Position numbers and translations under genes: made by a program
In this document: positions 7,347-17,796 of the stretch, in pieces
Numbering within the stretch: the stretch's first letter is position 1
Layout: every line of letters begins with the position of its first letter
Virus record (IMG/VR): IMGVR_UViG_3300017754_001906
Location: 1,366-65,365 of that record
From: a virus
Taxonomy: Duplodnaviria > Caudoviricetes
Length of the DNA stretch: 64,000 bases
Reading direction: 5' to 3' (one strand)
The notes under the pieces: generated by a model
Databases searched by the model: none
Told to the model about the DNA's origin: nothing
The model's input: the letters and a program-made list of their open reading frames with translations, nothing else

Positions 7347-9137
7347 ATGTTTGATTTAGAAAACCCAGAAAAAAGAGATAGGCTTTATAAAGCGATTCGC
7401 TCTTCGCGAGACGCCCTAGAGCCTTTTCGTCGCGTCAGAAAAGAATTGATCAAGGATTACGTTGGTTCTTGGTACGCGGAGTCTGGCGCTGAGAACAAAA
7501 CTCTGGTTAATCTTATCAACCAGACAGCTCGTATTTATACGGTGGCTCTCGCTGCCAACAACCCTATGGTGTTGGTTTCTACCTCGAGGGCAGACAAGAT
7601 CCCTTTTGCTAGGCGGTTTGAAGTCAACTTGACTAAGTTGATTGGCGATATGTCTTTAGACAAGACGTTCAGATCCATCGTCATGGACGCATTTTTTTGT
7701 CTTGGTTGTGGCGTTGTCATGATGCGAGATACGGATACTCGCTTTCATGGTTTGCTCGAGTCAGAGGAAGACGTGTGGCTTGATCCAGGTGAGCCGTGGT
7801 TCAACCGCGTATCGCTCGACGACTTGATTCTCGATATGCCAGCCAAAGAGCTGAGCAAGATGCGGTATTGCGGACATCGCTATCGCGCCGACTATGAAAA
7901 GATAATGGACGAGCCAGGTTACAATAAAAAGGTCAAAGATAAGCTTGTTCCAACACAACGTCAGCATCACGATTCAGTGGGTTCTGCTCGAGATATCGCA
8001 TCCGAATGGGGAAGTGCTGAAGACGACGATCTGAAGGATATGGTTTGGCTTCAAGACATATGGATTGCCGAAAACAACTCCATTGTGACGATGGCATGCG
8101 ATCAGCAGAACTTGCCGCCACTCATTGAGCGGAATTGGACTGGTTCCCAAGCTGGACCTTACAAGTTCTTGTCGCTTGGCGATACTCCAGACAACATTAT
8201 CCCAACGTCGCCAGCTATCAATCTGAAGGGCATGCACGACCTTCAGAATCGCCTCCACAGGCGAATGGAGGATGATTCAGACGCTCATCGCGTTGTTAAC
8301 GTCTACCCTCCAGGAATGGAAGATGATGCAGAACGATTGAGGACCGCTGAGAGAAACGGATGGTACAGAGGACGAAGCCCTGACCAAATTAAGCAGTTCC
8401 AAAGCGGTGGTATTGACCAAAGAGATATGGCTCTCGCTACGTTCCTTCAAGGAGAGTACGACAGGTTCGCTGGAAACCTTCAGGCAATGGGTGGGCTTGG
8501 GCAGCAAGCATCTACGCTCGGTCAAGAGGAGTTGATCCATGGAAACGTTTCCAAAAACGTAGCCGACATGCGAATGGCTGTTGTATCGTTCGCGTCCGAG
8601 TGCATTCTTGATCTTGGCAGGCTGATGTGGGAGGACACAACGCTCGAGCTCAAAACCTCGATGGAGGTGGAGAACACGGGTATCATGGTGGAATCCGATT
8701 GGACGCCAGACTACCGAGTAGGTGAATTTGAGGACTACGATTTTCGAGTCGAACCGTATTCAATGATTTTTAAGACTCCAGAGCAAAAGCTGCAGGAGTT
8801 GTTTCAAGTGCTTCGCGAGATTGCCCCGCTCTGGCCTATGTTCCAGGCGTCGGGAGCTTCGATTGATGCCGAAGCTATTGTTGACGAAATAGCAAGACTC
8901 AAGAACAGACCTGAGTTCAAGCGGTTTATTACGTTTGCAAATCCGGCTGAGATGCTAGGTGGCGATGAGAACACCATTAGGCAATCTCCAGTGACTAGCA
9001 GAGAAACGATAAGGCGGAATGTTAGCGGCGGTGGAACAGAGCAGGCTCGCAATAACGCTTTGATACAAACGCTTATGGGCGGCAACCCGCAAGTCAATTC
9101 GCAGCAAAGAAACTCGATGTTGCAGGGGATGGAATAA
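7347..9137 (+). CDS. portal protein
   Basis: About 596-aa helical protein following TerL and preceding scaffold/capsid, with a Gln-rich C-terminal tail as in podoviral portals; position- and size-based call. Confidence 0.75.
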   Translation: MFDLENPEKRDRLYKAIRSSRDALEPFRRVRKELIKDYVGSWYAESGAENKTLVNLINQTARIYTVALAANNPMVLVSTSRADKIPFARRFEVNLTKLIGDMSLDKTFRSIVMDAFFCLGCGVVMMRDTDTRFHGLLESEEDVWLDPGEPWFNRVSLDDLILDMPAKELSKMRYCGHRYRADYEKIMDEPGYNKKVKDKLVPTQRQHHDSVGSARDIASEWGSAEDDDLKDMVWLQDIWIAENNSIVTMACDQQNLPPLIERNWTGSQAGPYKFLSLGDTPDNIIPTSPAINLKGMHDLQNRLHRRMEDDSDAHRVVNVYPPGMEDDAERLRTAERNGWYRGRSPDQIKQFQSGGIDQRDMALATFLQGEYDRFAGNLQAMGGLGQQASTLGQEELIHGNVSKNVADMRMAVVSFASECILDLGRLMWEDTTLELKTSMEVENTGIMVESDWTPDYRVGEFEDYDFRVEPYSMIFKTPEQKLQELFQVLREIAPLWPMFQASGASIDAEAIVDEIARLKNRPEFKRFITFANPAEMLGGDENTIRQSPVTSRETIRRNVSGGGTEQARNNALIQTLMGGNPQVNSQQRNSMLQGME

Positions 9138-9460
9138 TGAGCGAAGTAAAGTTTAAGTACAAAGGCAAGTTTGTTTCAGCGGAAGAACTCGACAAGTTGG
9201 TTCCTCGCAAAGCCGACTGGCTATCTGGTCCTCCAATGGTTGCGAACACCTATACCGAGCACGATCCGTGGGTTTCCGAGGGCTGTGGTGTGATGAAAAG
9301 CCAGGTCGGAGAGACGAGGGATCTGATCAAGAAGCATGGCATTCAAGGCGCCGCTGTGTTGGACAGTGGTCAAGTGAGGTGTACAAGCCGTCGCGCAAGA
9401 AATGAATTTCTGAGGATGCGAGGCTTGCACGATATGGATGGTGGATATGGAGATGAGTGA
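9137..9460 (+). CDS. hypothetical head-region protein
   Basis: 107-aa ORF, TAATG-coupled to portal. Confidence 0.65.
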   Translation: MSEVKFKYKGKFVSAEELDKLVPRKADWLSGPPMVANTYTEHDPWVSEGCGVMKSQVGETRDLIKKHGIQGAAVLDSGQVRCTSRRARNEFLRMRGLHDMDGGYGDE

Positions 9461-10433
9461 AATGACGACTGAATTGAACGAAAGCATGACAAGTGAAGAC
9501 ATTGCTGCCTACGCAGATGCTGTAGCGAAAGAGGTTGCAGCAGAGCGTCAGGGAGATGGTGGACACGAACACAACCAGGATTCCGGTCAAGAGCCGGATG
9601 CAAGTGAACAAGCCGAGGTTACATCCGGCAGTAAAGCCGCTGCGAGCGATGCTCAAGGCGAGGATACCGGCGAAGAGTCGAGCACTCCAGATTGGATGAG
9701 TGACGATCTAAAAGCCGAGGTAGCCGCGTATGGAATTGATGATTCCGATTTACAGGAATTTTCCAGCCGCGAGGAGTTGGATAAGTTTGTGCGACTGCTT
9801 GACAAGAAGTCGCTAGAGGCTGGGCGCAAGGCTTTGGCTGAAAGCGATCAGGGCTCGGCTCGAAACGAGAAGGGTCAGTTTAAGAAGCAGGAGCCAGAGC
9901 AGGGCGAGAAGCCGTCATCATCTAGCAATGATGATGATCGGTATGAGATTTCTTTGAGCAAGGATCTCTACGACGACGAAATAGTTGATGAATTTACGCG
10001 AATGCGTGATCATTACGAATCTCGCTTGTCAGCCTTGGAGTCGCGATTCCAAATGGAAAGCGTTAAATCCGAGGAGCAGAGATTTGATGGCTTTGTGGAT
10101 TCTCTCGGGCATTCCGATTTGTTCGGGAAAACCGGAGACGAAACACCAGAGGAGCTCGAAAGGCGAAGGGATCTTCATGTTGCGGTAAAAGCGCAGATGA
10201 TTGGTCTCGAGCGTCTTGGTCGTCCGGCTGAATTTACGGACCAGTTGGTAAAGCGAGTAGCCAACATGGTTTTTTCGGAAGAACTCAGCAAAAAACAACT
10301 AAAGCAACAGACTAAGAAGGTTTTCAAGCAGAATCAGCTTCGTCAGGGTGGAAGCCCAACCAAGCCTTTACCCCCGCGAGATAATCCTCGCGACGAAGCA
10401 GACCGGCTGTATCGAGAGCTGGAAAAGTCGTAA
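9438..10433 (+). CDS. capsid scaffolding protein
   Basis: Highly acidic low-complexity N-terminal half and coiled-coil C-terminal half, directly upstream of the major capsid gene. Confidence 0.7.
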   Translation: MVDMEMSEMTTELNESMTSEDIAAYADAVAKEVAAERQGDGGHEHNQDSGQEPDASEQAEVTSGSKAAASDAQGEDTGEESSTPDWMSDDLKAEVAAYGIDDSDLQEFSSREELDKFVRLLDKKSLEAGRKALAESDQGSARNEKGQFKKQEPEQGEKPSSSSNDDDRYEISLSKDLYDDEIVDEFTRMRDHYESRLSALESRFQMESVKSEEQRFDGFVDSLGHSDLFGKTGDETPEELERRRDLHVAVKAQMIGLERLGRPAEFTDQLVKRVANMVFSEELSKKQLKQQTKKVFKQNQLRQGGSPTKPLPPRDNPRDEADRLYRELEKS

Positions 10434-10451
10434 TCATAAAGGAATTGCCAA

Positions 10452-11570
10452 ATGGCACTATCGATTGAGCAAATTGATGATTTCGTGAACAGCATTCAGC
10501 AAAAGTTTGCTGGTGAAGAAAGGCTGGCAGCGCAGGATCTGTCCTTGCCGCTGCAAAGCTACAAGTATGCCTCGCGGCTTTTTTCGGGCAACCTGAAGAA
10601 AGACACGATGAGCACATCGCAGTGCAAGTGGAAGATCAAGGTTAACACCAACGACAACTTCCAAACTGTCGGTCTTTACCACCGTGACTCTTCGACTCGC
10701 GTCAACACGCTGGACGAAGGCTCGCTGAAGTGGGCATTGACCACCAACAACTACCACTACGACATCGACGAGGAAATCTTCCGAACCGGTGGTCGTCAGA
10801 TTTACGACTACATCGAAGGTCTTGAACAAGATCTTATGACCTCGTTCTACACGGGGATGGAAGATCTCATTTTTGGACCTGGTCCTGTTGGTCCAACCCA
10901 GTCTCCGTTTTCGGTTGCATCCCTGTTGTGGTGGATCACAGCCACTAACGACAGCGTTTCCGAAAACAACGCTCCTGAAGGGTTCAACGGATTTGAGCCA
11001 GTTGGCTGGGGTGCGAACGGCGTTGGTGGTATTTCTTGTACCACCTATCCTCAGTGGAGAAACCGAACGTTCCCTTACACCACGGTGAGCCGAAGCGATT
11101 TCGTCGAGAAGACTATCGTTTCGATGGATTTGTGCCAATTCACTCCTCCTGTTCAGCGACCGGACATCGTTGACCAAACGCGATCGGACTGGGAGTTGCT
11201 GACCACCCACAGCGTCCTTTCGGCTAATCGCCGATTGCTGCAGCTCGGAAACGACAACATTGGAGACGATGTTGCGGCTCGCAGCGGAACTGTCTACATC
11301 CGTGGCGTTCCGTTGAACTGGGTTCCAGCTTGGACGAATCAGTCGAGCGTAAATGCCCGTACTGATGGTATCATTCTCGGAGTCAACTGGGCAACCTTCC
11401 GAGCGTACTATGCTGCTGGTCGGCAAATGCGTAAGCGAAAGGCGTTCCAGCACCCAGAAATGAGCAACGTTCGCGTTCGCTGCATGGATGACTCGGTTCA
11501 GATGGTCTGCTTCAACCGTCGCGGAAACTTCCGTGGCTACAGCACCCAAGCCGTGACCGAAAGTGCATAA
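10452..11570 (+). CDS. major capsid protein
   Basis: 372 aa after the scaffold; AAGGA RBS; strongly biased codon usage (no TTA/CTA/TCA codons after codon 3); followed by a terminator. Confidence 0.8.
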   Translation: MALSIEQIDDFVNSIQQKFAGEERLAAQDLSLPLQSYKYASRLFSGNLKKDTMSTSQCKWKIKVNTNDNFQTVGLYHRDSSTRVNTLDEGSLKWALTTNNYHYDIDEEIFRTGGRQIYDYIEGLEQDLMTSFYTGMEDLIFGPGPVGPTQSPFSVASLLWWITATNDSVSENNAPEGFNGFEPVGWGANGVGGISCTTYPQWRNRTFPYTTVSRSDFVEKTIVSMDLCQFTPPVQRPDIVDQTRSDWELLTTHSVLSANRRLLQLGNDNIGDDVAARSGTVYIRGVPLNWVPAWTNQSSVNARTDGIILGVNWATFRAYYAAGRQMRKRKAFQHPEMSNVRVRCMDDSVQMVCFNRRGNFRGYSTQAVTESA

Positions 11571-11609
11571 GCTTACTGACAATGTGTCAGTAGTTTTTGA
11601 AAACGTCTC

Positions 11610-11645
11610 TGGCGGGCAGACGTAAAATTCGCCCGCCATTTTTTT
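11610..11645 (+). terminator. rho-independent terminator after the major capsid gene
   Basis: TGGCGGGC-13 nt-GCCCGCCA followed by T7. Confidence 0.8.
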
Positions 11646-11708
11646 AACTGGGAAAACGCCCACCCAAGGCTGGGACACTCCTAAAAATTCCTTGAAAGGG
11701 AAAGTGAA

Positions 11709-12554
11709 ATGGATGCGCATTTTGATGAAATTTCTAGTCGTTTGCTGTCGCCTCGTTTGTGGAAAGGGTTTGGTTCACCGACGAGCATGAATCCCACGGG
11801 AAGCTCGTTTCAGACCCCAAGCGGAAACCCAGCTTTTGGTGTATTCGATGACTTCTTCACGTTCAATGCAACAACGCTTGTTGGTCCGTATGCGAATTTG
11901 CTCGCTGCTGGTTGTACGGCTGCTTTGGCGGCTGACACCGCGACCGAAAAGGGAGTTCTTGCTATTGCAACGGACGCTGACGTTGCGAACGAAGACGCAG
12001 TGGTAAAGTGGGGTGGAACAGCAAGTGCGCCGTTCTTCCTTGCTAACAACGATCTGGCTTTTGAATGCCGCTTGTCAGTGTCGTCTATTGTGGCTGCTAA
12101 GTGGTCATACGCAGTTGGTCTCGGAGAGGCTAGTATGATTGCGGCTGATAGTCTTTTTGCAGATGGTGGAGCGTTAGCCGACAAAAATTTCGTTGGGTTT
12201 AACCATTTGGTGGCTGAAGGCGCAGCCATTGATGCGGCTTACAAGGCTGACGGACAGGCGTACCAGGACGGTGCTACTAAGACGAAGCTGAATGCCCTGC
12301 ATAACGCAGTGGCGAGCACCTACGTCAAGCTTGGGTTCCGCTATCGCGCTGCTCCAAAGTCGCTGGAGTTTTATGTCAACGGAAGGCTTGCTGGCTCCGC
12401 TTCATCCCCAGCCCGCTTGACTGCATCGGAACTTGATGCGGTAACGTTCCCTGACGATGTGTTTCTTGCTCCGTTCATTGGTATCAAGACCGTCGCAACC
12501 GGAACACCACTGACCATCAACATCGACTGGCTGGCCTGCGCTCAATACGAGTAG
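11709..12554 (+). CDS. putative capsid decoration/cement protein
   Basis: 281-aa Ala/Gly/Thr-rich beta-type protein right after the capsid gene, with its own RBS and terminator. Confidence 0.5.
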   Translation: MDAHFDEISSRLLSPRLWKGFGSPTSMNPTGSSFQTPSGNPAFGVFDDFFTFNATTLVGPYANLLAAGCTAALAADTATEKGVLAIATDADVANEDAVVKWGGTASAPFFLANNDLAFECRLSVSSIVAAKWSYAVGLGEASMIAADSLFADGGALADKNFVGFNHLVAEGAAIDAAYKADGQAYQDGATKTKLNALHNAVASTYVKLGFRYRAAPKSLEFYVNGRLAGSASSPARLTASELDAVTFPDDVFLAPFIGIKTVATGTPLTINIDWLACAQYE

Positions 12555-12572
12555 CCCGCATCAACGACTGCT

Positions 12573-12605
12573 TGGGGGGCAGGTTTGTCCTGTCCCCCAT
12601 TTTTT
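12573..12605 (+). terminator. rho-independent terminator
   Basis: GGGGGCAGG-TTTGT-CCTGTCCCCC followed by ATTTTTT. Confidence 0.8.
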
Positions 12606-12651
12606 CAGGTCTGTGTGTTCTAGTGCATAGGTAGGCATTGAGGGGTGCGTA

Positions 12652-12849
12652 ATGAGCCAGGAATCATTGTTGGTAATTTTTGGTGGTGCTGTCGTGAGCA
12701 CCCTATCAGGTTGTGTGGCGTTTCTGTTCGCAATCTTCCATCGTGGCTACGACGACTTGAAAAAGCGTTGCGAAGCGTGCGAAGCCGACCGCGAGCAGTT
12801 GTGGCGTGAGCTGGCTAGTATAAAAGTCAAGCTTGGGGAAATTCAGTAG
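12652..12849 (+). CDS. small membrane protein (holin-like)
   Basis: One hydrophobic segment LLVIFGGAVVSTLSGCVAFLFAIF followed by a charged coiled coil. Confidence 0.45.
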   Translation: MSQESLLVIFGGAVVSTLSGCVAFLFAIFHRGYDDLKKRCEACEADREQLWRELASIKVKLGEIQ

Positions 12850-14984
12850 TGGGTATTTCAGCACTGCTGTCCACACAGATCCTCGATTCGTCTGCAACTG
12901 GTCGATCGATATTGACCGGTGCTAATGCTGCGTCGATTCGCACAGTCCTAGGTCTTGAACTCGATGTCGTCAAGACCTGGAACAATGCCGGTACGGTGTT
13001 CACTGGTCTAAAGCTAGACGTTGTAGATACGGCTAGCGATGCATCGTCGTCAGTGATCGACATGCTCGTAGGCGGGTCGAGCAAGTTCAGGGTCAGCAAG
13101 ACGGGTCAGATCACGGCGTTGGCAGGTGGAACAACTTGGCTTTTCCAGTCTGACGTTGCAACGTGGTCGGTATCGACAGCGGGTGTTTCAGGAACTCCAA
13201 GAGCATCGATTAAGTCGGCAGGGTTTCAGTCTCCTGGCGATGGGTACTTCGCCTTCTCCAATGGGACGAACGGGAACGGGACGCTCGATGTCTTGCTCTA
13301 CAGAGATGCTTCAAACGTACTCGCACAACGTAACCTCACAGCGGCACAAACATCGCGAATCTACGGCACGTTCACGGACTCAAGCAACTACGAACGTGGA
13401 TCCTTGCAAGCCGACAGCAATGGATTCACTATCGGGCATGAATCATTAGGAACTGGTACTAAGCGATCCGTAAGGATCCTGGGGCAATCGTTAGCGGGGA
13501 CCGAGGCGGTTAGCGCATTGAATGTTGTTCAGACCTGGAACACCACTGGGACACCAGCAGCGTTTCAAATGAACATTACCGATACGGCTAGCAGCGCAAA
13601 TAGCTTGCTTTGCGATCTGCGAGTCGGCGCTGTGTCGCAGTTTTACGTCTACAAAAACGGGATAGCAAGTCTGACGGGACTTGTGCTTGGTGCGAACATC
13701 GCAGGATACGGAGATGCTAATTCTCCGTGGTGGTCAACTAATGGTTTGAATGTTGGTTCTGGTTACGTTTCGTGGCTAGGCGATACGAGAGTTTTCCGAG
13801 ATGCTGCGGGTGTTGTAGCGCAACGCAACGGAACAGCAGCGCAAACAAAAAGAATCTACGGAACGTACACCGACTCCGGGAACTACGAACGTGGTTTTCT
13901 GCAAGCGGATACGAACGGGTTCACGATAGGGCATGAGGCGTTAGGGACCGGAGTCAAGCGACCGACAAGAATCCTTGGTGCGTCTTTGGCTGGAGCAGAA
14001 GCGGTTTCGTCATTGAACATTGTTCAGACGTGGAACACCTCTGGAACGCCAACGATGTTTCAAATGAACCTAACCGATACCGCATCGAATGCTGCAAGCC
14101 TTCTTGCAGATTGGAAGGTCGGAGCGAACTCATTCTTCACGGTGGCAAAGGACGGATCGCTAACTTCTGGACGATTCGCGACCGCTGGATTCAATGCGAT
14201 TCGATTCACAGCAGGTGCATTGCAAATGTCGCGTGCTAGTGATGGTGGTATGACAATATCACTAGATCTAAACTCGAACTTAATTACGGCTGGAAGTCTA
14301 GCGGCATCTAACGGCAGACTGAATCTATGGGATGCATGGCTATTGCGAGATGCTACCGACATACTAGCGGTGCGAAACGCGAACACTGGGACCAATGCAT
14401 GCGGGTTCAGAGTTTACAACACCTACACCGATGCCAGCAACTATGAACGCGCTAGAATGTCCTGGGAGTCGAATCAGTTCGTAATCGGGCATGAATACGC
14501 TGGAACGGGTTCAGCAAGATCGGTCGCATTGGTCGGAGGTCAAACAGGTACTCAGGGAGTTGTTAAGGCGTTGACGGGCGGAGTGCTGATTGGTGCGCAA
14601 CTCAATCTCAGCAACTCAAGCAATGCATCAGCAGCGACATCTCAGATCGTTCTGTACACTCCAGCAGCGGGGCAATTGCGAATAACCAACGCGACCTCGG
14701 ATGGATTCGACAGGTTGTTCCTTGGACCTGCGACCGCATCGTTTCCAATGCTCAAGCGAAACTCCACGGCGATCAACTTCCGTCTTGGGGACGATTCAGC
14801 AGGCGCGCCAATTACTGCTGCTAGTTTGGAAGTATCGGACGAGGCTTACGGTGGTGGTTGGAACGGTTCGCTGCAAGTCCCAACGAAGAACGCTCTATGG
14901 GATAAGATCGAAACGATTAGCGGTGGTGGTGGTGGTGGTGGTGTTTCGGAGGCGTTCGTAATTGCGATGGCGGTTGCACTATGA
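12849..14984 (+). CDS. tail fibre/virion surface protein with internal repeats
   Basis: Gly/Thr/Asn-rich; three copies of a DA..v.A.RN...riYgTyTD.sNYER module (13305, 13800, 14349); ends in G7-VSEAFVIAMAVAL. Confidence 0.65.
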   Translation: MGISALLSTQILDSSATGRSILTGANAASIRTVLGLELDVVKTWNNAGTVFTGLKLDVVDTASDASSSVIDMLVGGSSKFRVSKTGQITALAGGTTWLFQSDVATWSVSTAGVSGTPRASIKSAGFQSPGDGYFAFSNGTNGNGTLDVLLYRDASNVLAQRNLTAAQTSRIYGTFTDSSNYERGSLQADSNGFTIGHESLGTGTKRSVRILGQSLAGTEAVSALNVVQTWNTTGTPAAFQMNITDTASSANSLLCDLRVGAVSQFYVYKNGIASLTGLVLGANIAGYGDANSPWWSTNGLNVGSGYVSWLGDTRVFRDAAGVVAQRNGTAAQTKRIYGTYTDSGNYERGFLQADTNGFTIGHEALGTGVKRPTRILGASLAGAEAVSSLNIVQTWNTSGTPTMFQMNLTDTASNAASLLADWKVGANSFFTVAKDGSLTSGRFATAGFNAIRFTAGALQMSRASDGGMTISLDLNSNLITAGSLAASNGRLNLWDAWLLRDATDILAVRNANTGTNACGFRVYNTYTDASNYERARMSWESNQFVIGHEYAGTGSARSVALVGGQTGTQGVVKALTGGVLIGAQLNLSNSSNASAATSQIVLYTPAAGQLRITNATSDGFDRLFLGPATASFPMLKRNSTAINFRLGDDSAGAPITAASLEVSDEAYGGGWNGSLQVPTKNALWDKIETISGGGGGGGVSEAFVIAMAVAL

Positions 14985-15544
14985 AAAAACAAGTCGGCGT
15001 TGATATCGCAGGTTCGACCGTGTTCGCTCCAGGTGCAGCGGGGGCAGGTACAATTACGTTTGTTGGTCGAAACTATGCGCTCAATCAAGTGCTTCTGATT
15101 ACCAACGTCACTCGAAATACAATCATTTACAACTTCGCTGATTCCGCGAATGGTGCTGTATCGTTTACGAACAACGTACTAACACTCGATGCCGATACCA
15201 GTACGCATTCCGCAAACGATGTGTTGCAGGTGTTGGTCGATGTTGTCGATGACATGGCAGTTGCAGACGATCAATCTCGAAACACGTTGAGCCGCATCTT
15301 ATCGATGCTCATGGCCCCATTGGGTTTCGACAAGTCGCTACAACGCCAACGTGTGACGGGCATCATCGAAAGCGGTACGGTTACAACTGTTGGTACGGTG
15401 ACAACTGTAACAACGGTTACAACCGTGACCACATGCGCAACGGTGACGAACCTATCAACGATTGATACGCTTCAGGGCAGGATTCAAGTTTATGGTGCGA
15501 ATATGTCTGCATGGTCGGATTGTGTTCGCAGTCGAATCACTTAG
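14981..15544 (+). CDS. virion structural protein (fibre-associated)
   Basis: ATGA-coupled; GTITF...LLITNVTRNTIIYNFAD N-terminus and a TVTTVTT low-complexity segment. Confidence 0.6.
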   Translation: MKKQVGVDIAGSTVFAPGAAGAGTITFVGRNYALNQVLLITNVTRNTIIYNFADSANGAVSFTNNVLTLDADTSTHSANDVLQVLVDVVDDMAVADDQSRNTLSRILSMLMAPLGFDKSLQRQRVTGIIESGTVTTVGTVTTVTTVTTVTTCATVTNLSTIDTLQGRIQVYGANMSAWSDCVRSRIT

Positions 15545-15552
15545 GAAATAAC

Positions 15553-17172
15553 ATGGCAAACACCTTCAAAAAAGTTATCGACAGGCAAATGTGGGTTCAG
15601 GTTCCACCTGCTCCTAGCGTGCATCCATCGGCAATGTCAACGGCCGCTGACATGCGGAACGATTCAACTCGTAATCCGTTTGTTTATCAGTTGATTAGCA
15701 ACGCGATTCTTTATCGTTTCAATTTGATAACAAAGGCATGGCAGTCGGCAGTTGCTACGCCTTTGACAGCGGGGACGTTCGGTGCTGGGTCCACGTCTGC
15801 TTTCGCTCCCTCGCTTGGCGTTGTTGGAACAATCGCGGCAGGTGCAACAACTACGCGAGTGACATTGACAACGGCATTGCCGACAGCGGTTGGTCTCAAC
15901 ATGCTTGCCAACCGTGGTGGTTCGGGTGAACTTGGGTTCAGATTGCGAATAATCGACACGGGAGCAGGAAAGACCGAAGAACGCTGGATTGTTGGGAACA
16001 CTGCGGGAACAACGCCAGCTATCGACGTTGATGTTGCGTTTTCGTTTACTCCCGCAACTGGCGCACGATACGAGTTGCTCTGTGGTGAATTGTTCATGTT
16101 GGGTTCGGGGACACTTGCGACAGGTGCTTTTCGAGCTTTCGAACCGGCAACGAATACACTAGCAAACAAATCGATCACCAACTTGCCAGCAACGCTATCG
16201 ACCGATTCTGCCATGCTTGTTCTTGATGAGCAATACGTTCCATACGACAACAAGCCTGGAGAGGGAATGATCAAGGGCGGGCATGACACGGATACCGCTG
16301 GAGGAACTCGATTCGCAATTACTGCGACTGGCTCAGGCGCATCGACGATTACAGGGCGTGCGAGTGGTGGTGATGCTGCGGTAGCCGCGAACGAGTATCG
16401 GAACTTTCAGATCCGCATTGTCGAAGATACGTTGACCCCAACAGCGGTCGGACAACGGCGAATCATTGCATCGCATACAGCGGGACCGTCGGCGGTTTAT
16501 ACAACCGGAACGGCATGGACTGTTCAGCCTTCAAACTCAGCAAAGTTCGTCATCGAGCAACCGAACTTGATTGTGTTGCGAACAACCGCGAACACTACGA
16601 CCTACACCTACAACTATGGCGATGCGACCGTAAACAATGGGACCAACTCTATCGCGGCTGACGCGTGGAGTACAACCTACTTCGGTGCTGCTCCGGCGGC
16701 AAATGCTGCTGGTTGCTTGTGGTGTCCTTCATTCGGAATCCAACCGGATGTTGGTCGAAATGCAAGGCACTCGTTTAACTACTTTTTCCGTGGTGGTGGA
16801 GTAGTGACGCTCGACTTGCTTGACATTGCTGGTTCAATCACCGGAACATGGACAGGAGCAATCACCTACGACGGAAACGTGGGTGGCATGGGAACTGGTT
16901 CCACTGGATGCTACTCGCCTTATGGAGAACAAGGCCGATACAGCTACATCAATCAGTATGTCGCTTCAACGGTGAACCAGATATTCCGTTTCGATGCGAA
17001 GAATAGGGTCTTGAGTCCTTACACTCCTACCGACTTCCTTCAATCAGGTACAGCGGCACTCGGTTCTCGTATGGCGGCTTATGTCGCAGTCGATGGAACC
17101 GACAAGTACGATGTTGTTTATCTTATGTCGCACCTTTCAGCGGTGAGTCAGGAACTTGTGGTGCTAGTATGA
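15553..17172 (+). CDS. virion structural protein (tail spike/fibre-like)
   Basis: About 539-aa Thr/Gly/Ala-rich protein; ATG 15553 preceded by AGGA. Confidence 0.6.
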   Translation: MANTFKKVIDRQMWVQVPPAPSVHPSAMSTAADMRNDSTRNPFVYQLISNAILYRFNLITKAWQSAVATPLTAGTFGAGSTSAFAPSLGVVGTIAAGATTTRVTLTTALPTAVGLNMLANRGGSGELGFRLRIIDTGAGKTEERWIVGNTAGTTPAIDVDVAFSFTPATGARYELLCGELFMLGSGTLATGAFRAFEPATNTLANKSITNLPATLSTDSAMLVLDEQYVPYDNKPGEGMIKGGHDTDTAGGTRFAITATGSGASTITGRASGGDAAVAANEYRNFQIRIVEDTLTPTAVGQRRIIASHTAGPSAVYTTGTAWTVQPSNSAKFVIEQPNLIVLRTTANTTTYTYNYGDATVNNGTNSIAADAWSTTYFGAAPAANAAGCLWCPSFGIQPDVGRNARHSFNYFFRGGGVVTLDLLDIAGSITGTWTGAITYDGNVGGMGTGSTGCYSPYGEQGRYSYINQYVASTVNQIFRFDAKNRVLSPYTPTDFLQSGTAALGSRMAAYVAVDGTDKYDVVYLMSHLSAVSQELVVLV

Positions 17173-17330
17173 CAATCAGTGACCTAATCGTTCTAGTCGC
17201 AAACAAGCTAGCCTCGCTGAACAATGCGTTGGCAACAGCTACAGCACTTGGAAACCTCGATGACGTTCTGAGATTGCAGGACGAAATCGAAGCAACGGAA
17301 ACAACTCTTGAACAGCTAAGGAGTCTGTAA
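17169..17330 (+). CDS. small helical protein (below the ORF-track cut-off)
   Basis: MTISDLIVLVANKLASLNNALATATALGNLDDVLRLQDEIEATETTLEQLRSL*; ATGA-coupled, fills the gap exactly. Confidence 0.75.
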   Translation: MTISDLIVLVANKLASLNNALATATALGNLDDVLRLQDEIEATETTLEQLRSL

Positions 17331-17332
17331 GC

Positions 17333-17638
17333 ATGGTTGACCTAACAAAATTATCTCAAGAGCAAAAATGGGGTCTGTCCTACGCAACGAAACTTGCTAA
17401 CGATGCGACAACGGCATCAAACCTTGGTAAGCCTAGTGGTGAACAAAAACCCTTGCTGACTGAACAGCAGTATGCTGACAGCGTTTTTCGCGGAGCATGC
17501 GATTCGTACTACGCTTCTCTCTTGGATTTCAAGAAGAAGAATGCACTTCAACTTTTCGATGCGTTGTCTCCACAGCAGCAAGCGGCACTTGTTGCTCAAC
17601 TTCAAATACCTGACGTTTTACCTTCGGCGCAAAAATGA
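17333..17638 (+). CDS. hypothetical protein (possible fibre chaperone)
   Basis: 101-aa ORF with AGGAG upstream. Confidence 0.7.
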   Translation: MVDLTKLSQEQKWGLSYATKLANDATTASNLGKPSGEQKPLLTEQQYADSVFRGACDSYYASLLDFKKKNALQLFDALSPQQQAALVAQLQIPDVLPSAQK

Positions 17639-17796
17639 TCATAGAAATCACCAAAGACGAACAAGTCCAGTTGCTTGCGTGCATTGAGTCGGCAGTTCGT
17701 TCAGCCAACAACGCCCTGCAAGCTGCGGCAATTCTGTTACCACTGGCGGAAAAGATAGGCGAGGCAAAGGAAGAAGATGGCAACGCAAACAGTTGA
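17635..17796 (+). CDS. small hypothetical protein (below the ORF-track cut-off)
   Basis: MIIEITKDEQVQLLACIESAVRSANNALQAAAILLPLAEKIGEAKEEDGNANS*; ATGA-coupled to the previous gene. Confidence 0.7.
   Translation: MIIEITKDEQVQLLACIESAVRSANNALQAAAILLPLAEKIGEAKEEDGNANS

Noticed and set aside
10458-11720. 420-aa antisense ORF covering the major capsid gene
   Set aside because: It is codon-aligned with the capsid frame, so it stays open simply because the highly expressed capsid gene avoids TTA/CTA/TCA codons. It has no motifs and no RBS, and is a shadow ORF.
13305-14520. Diversity-generating retroelement TR/VR pair
   Set aside because: Differences between the repeats involve all four bases and are mostly synonymous; no reverse transcriptase is present in the window.
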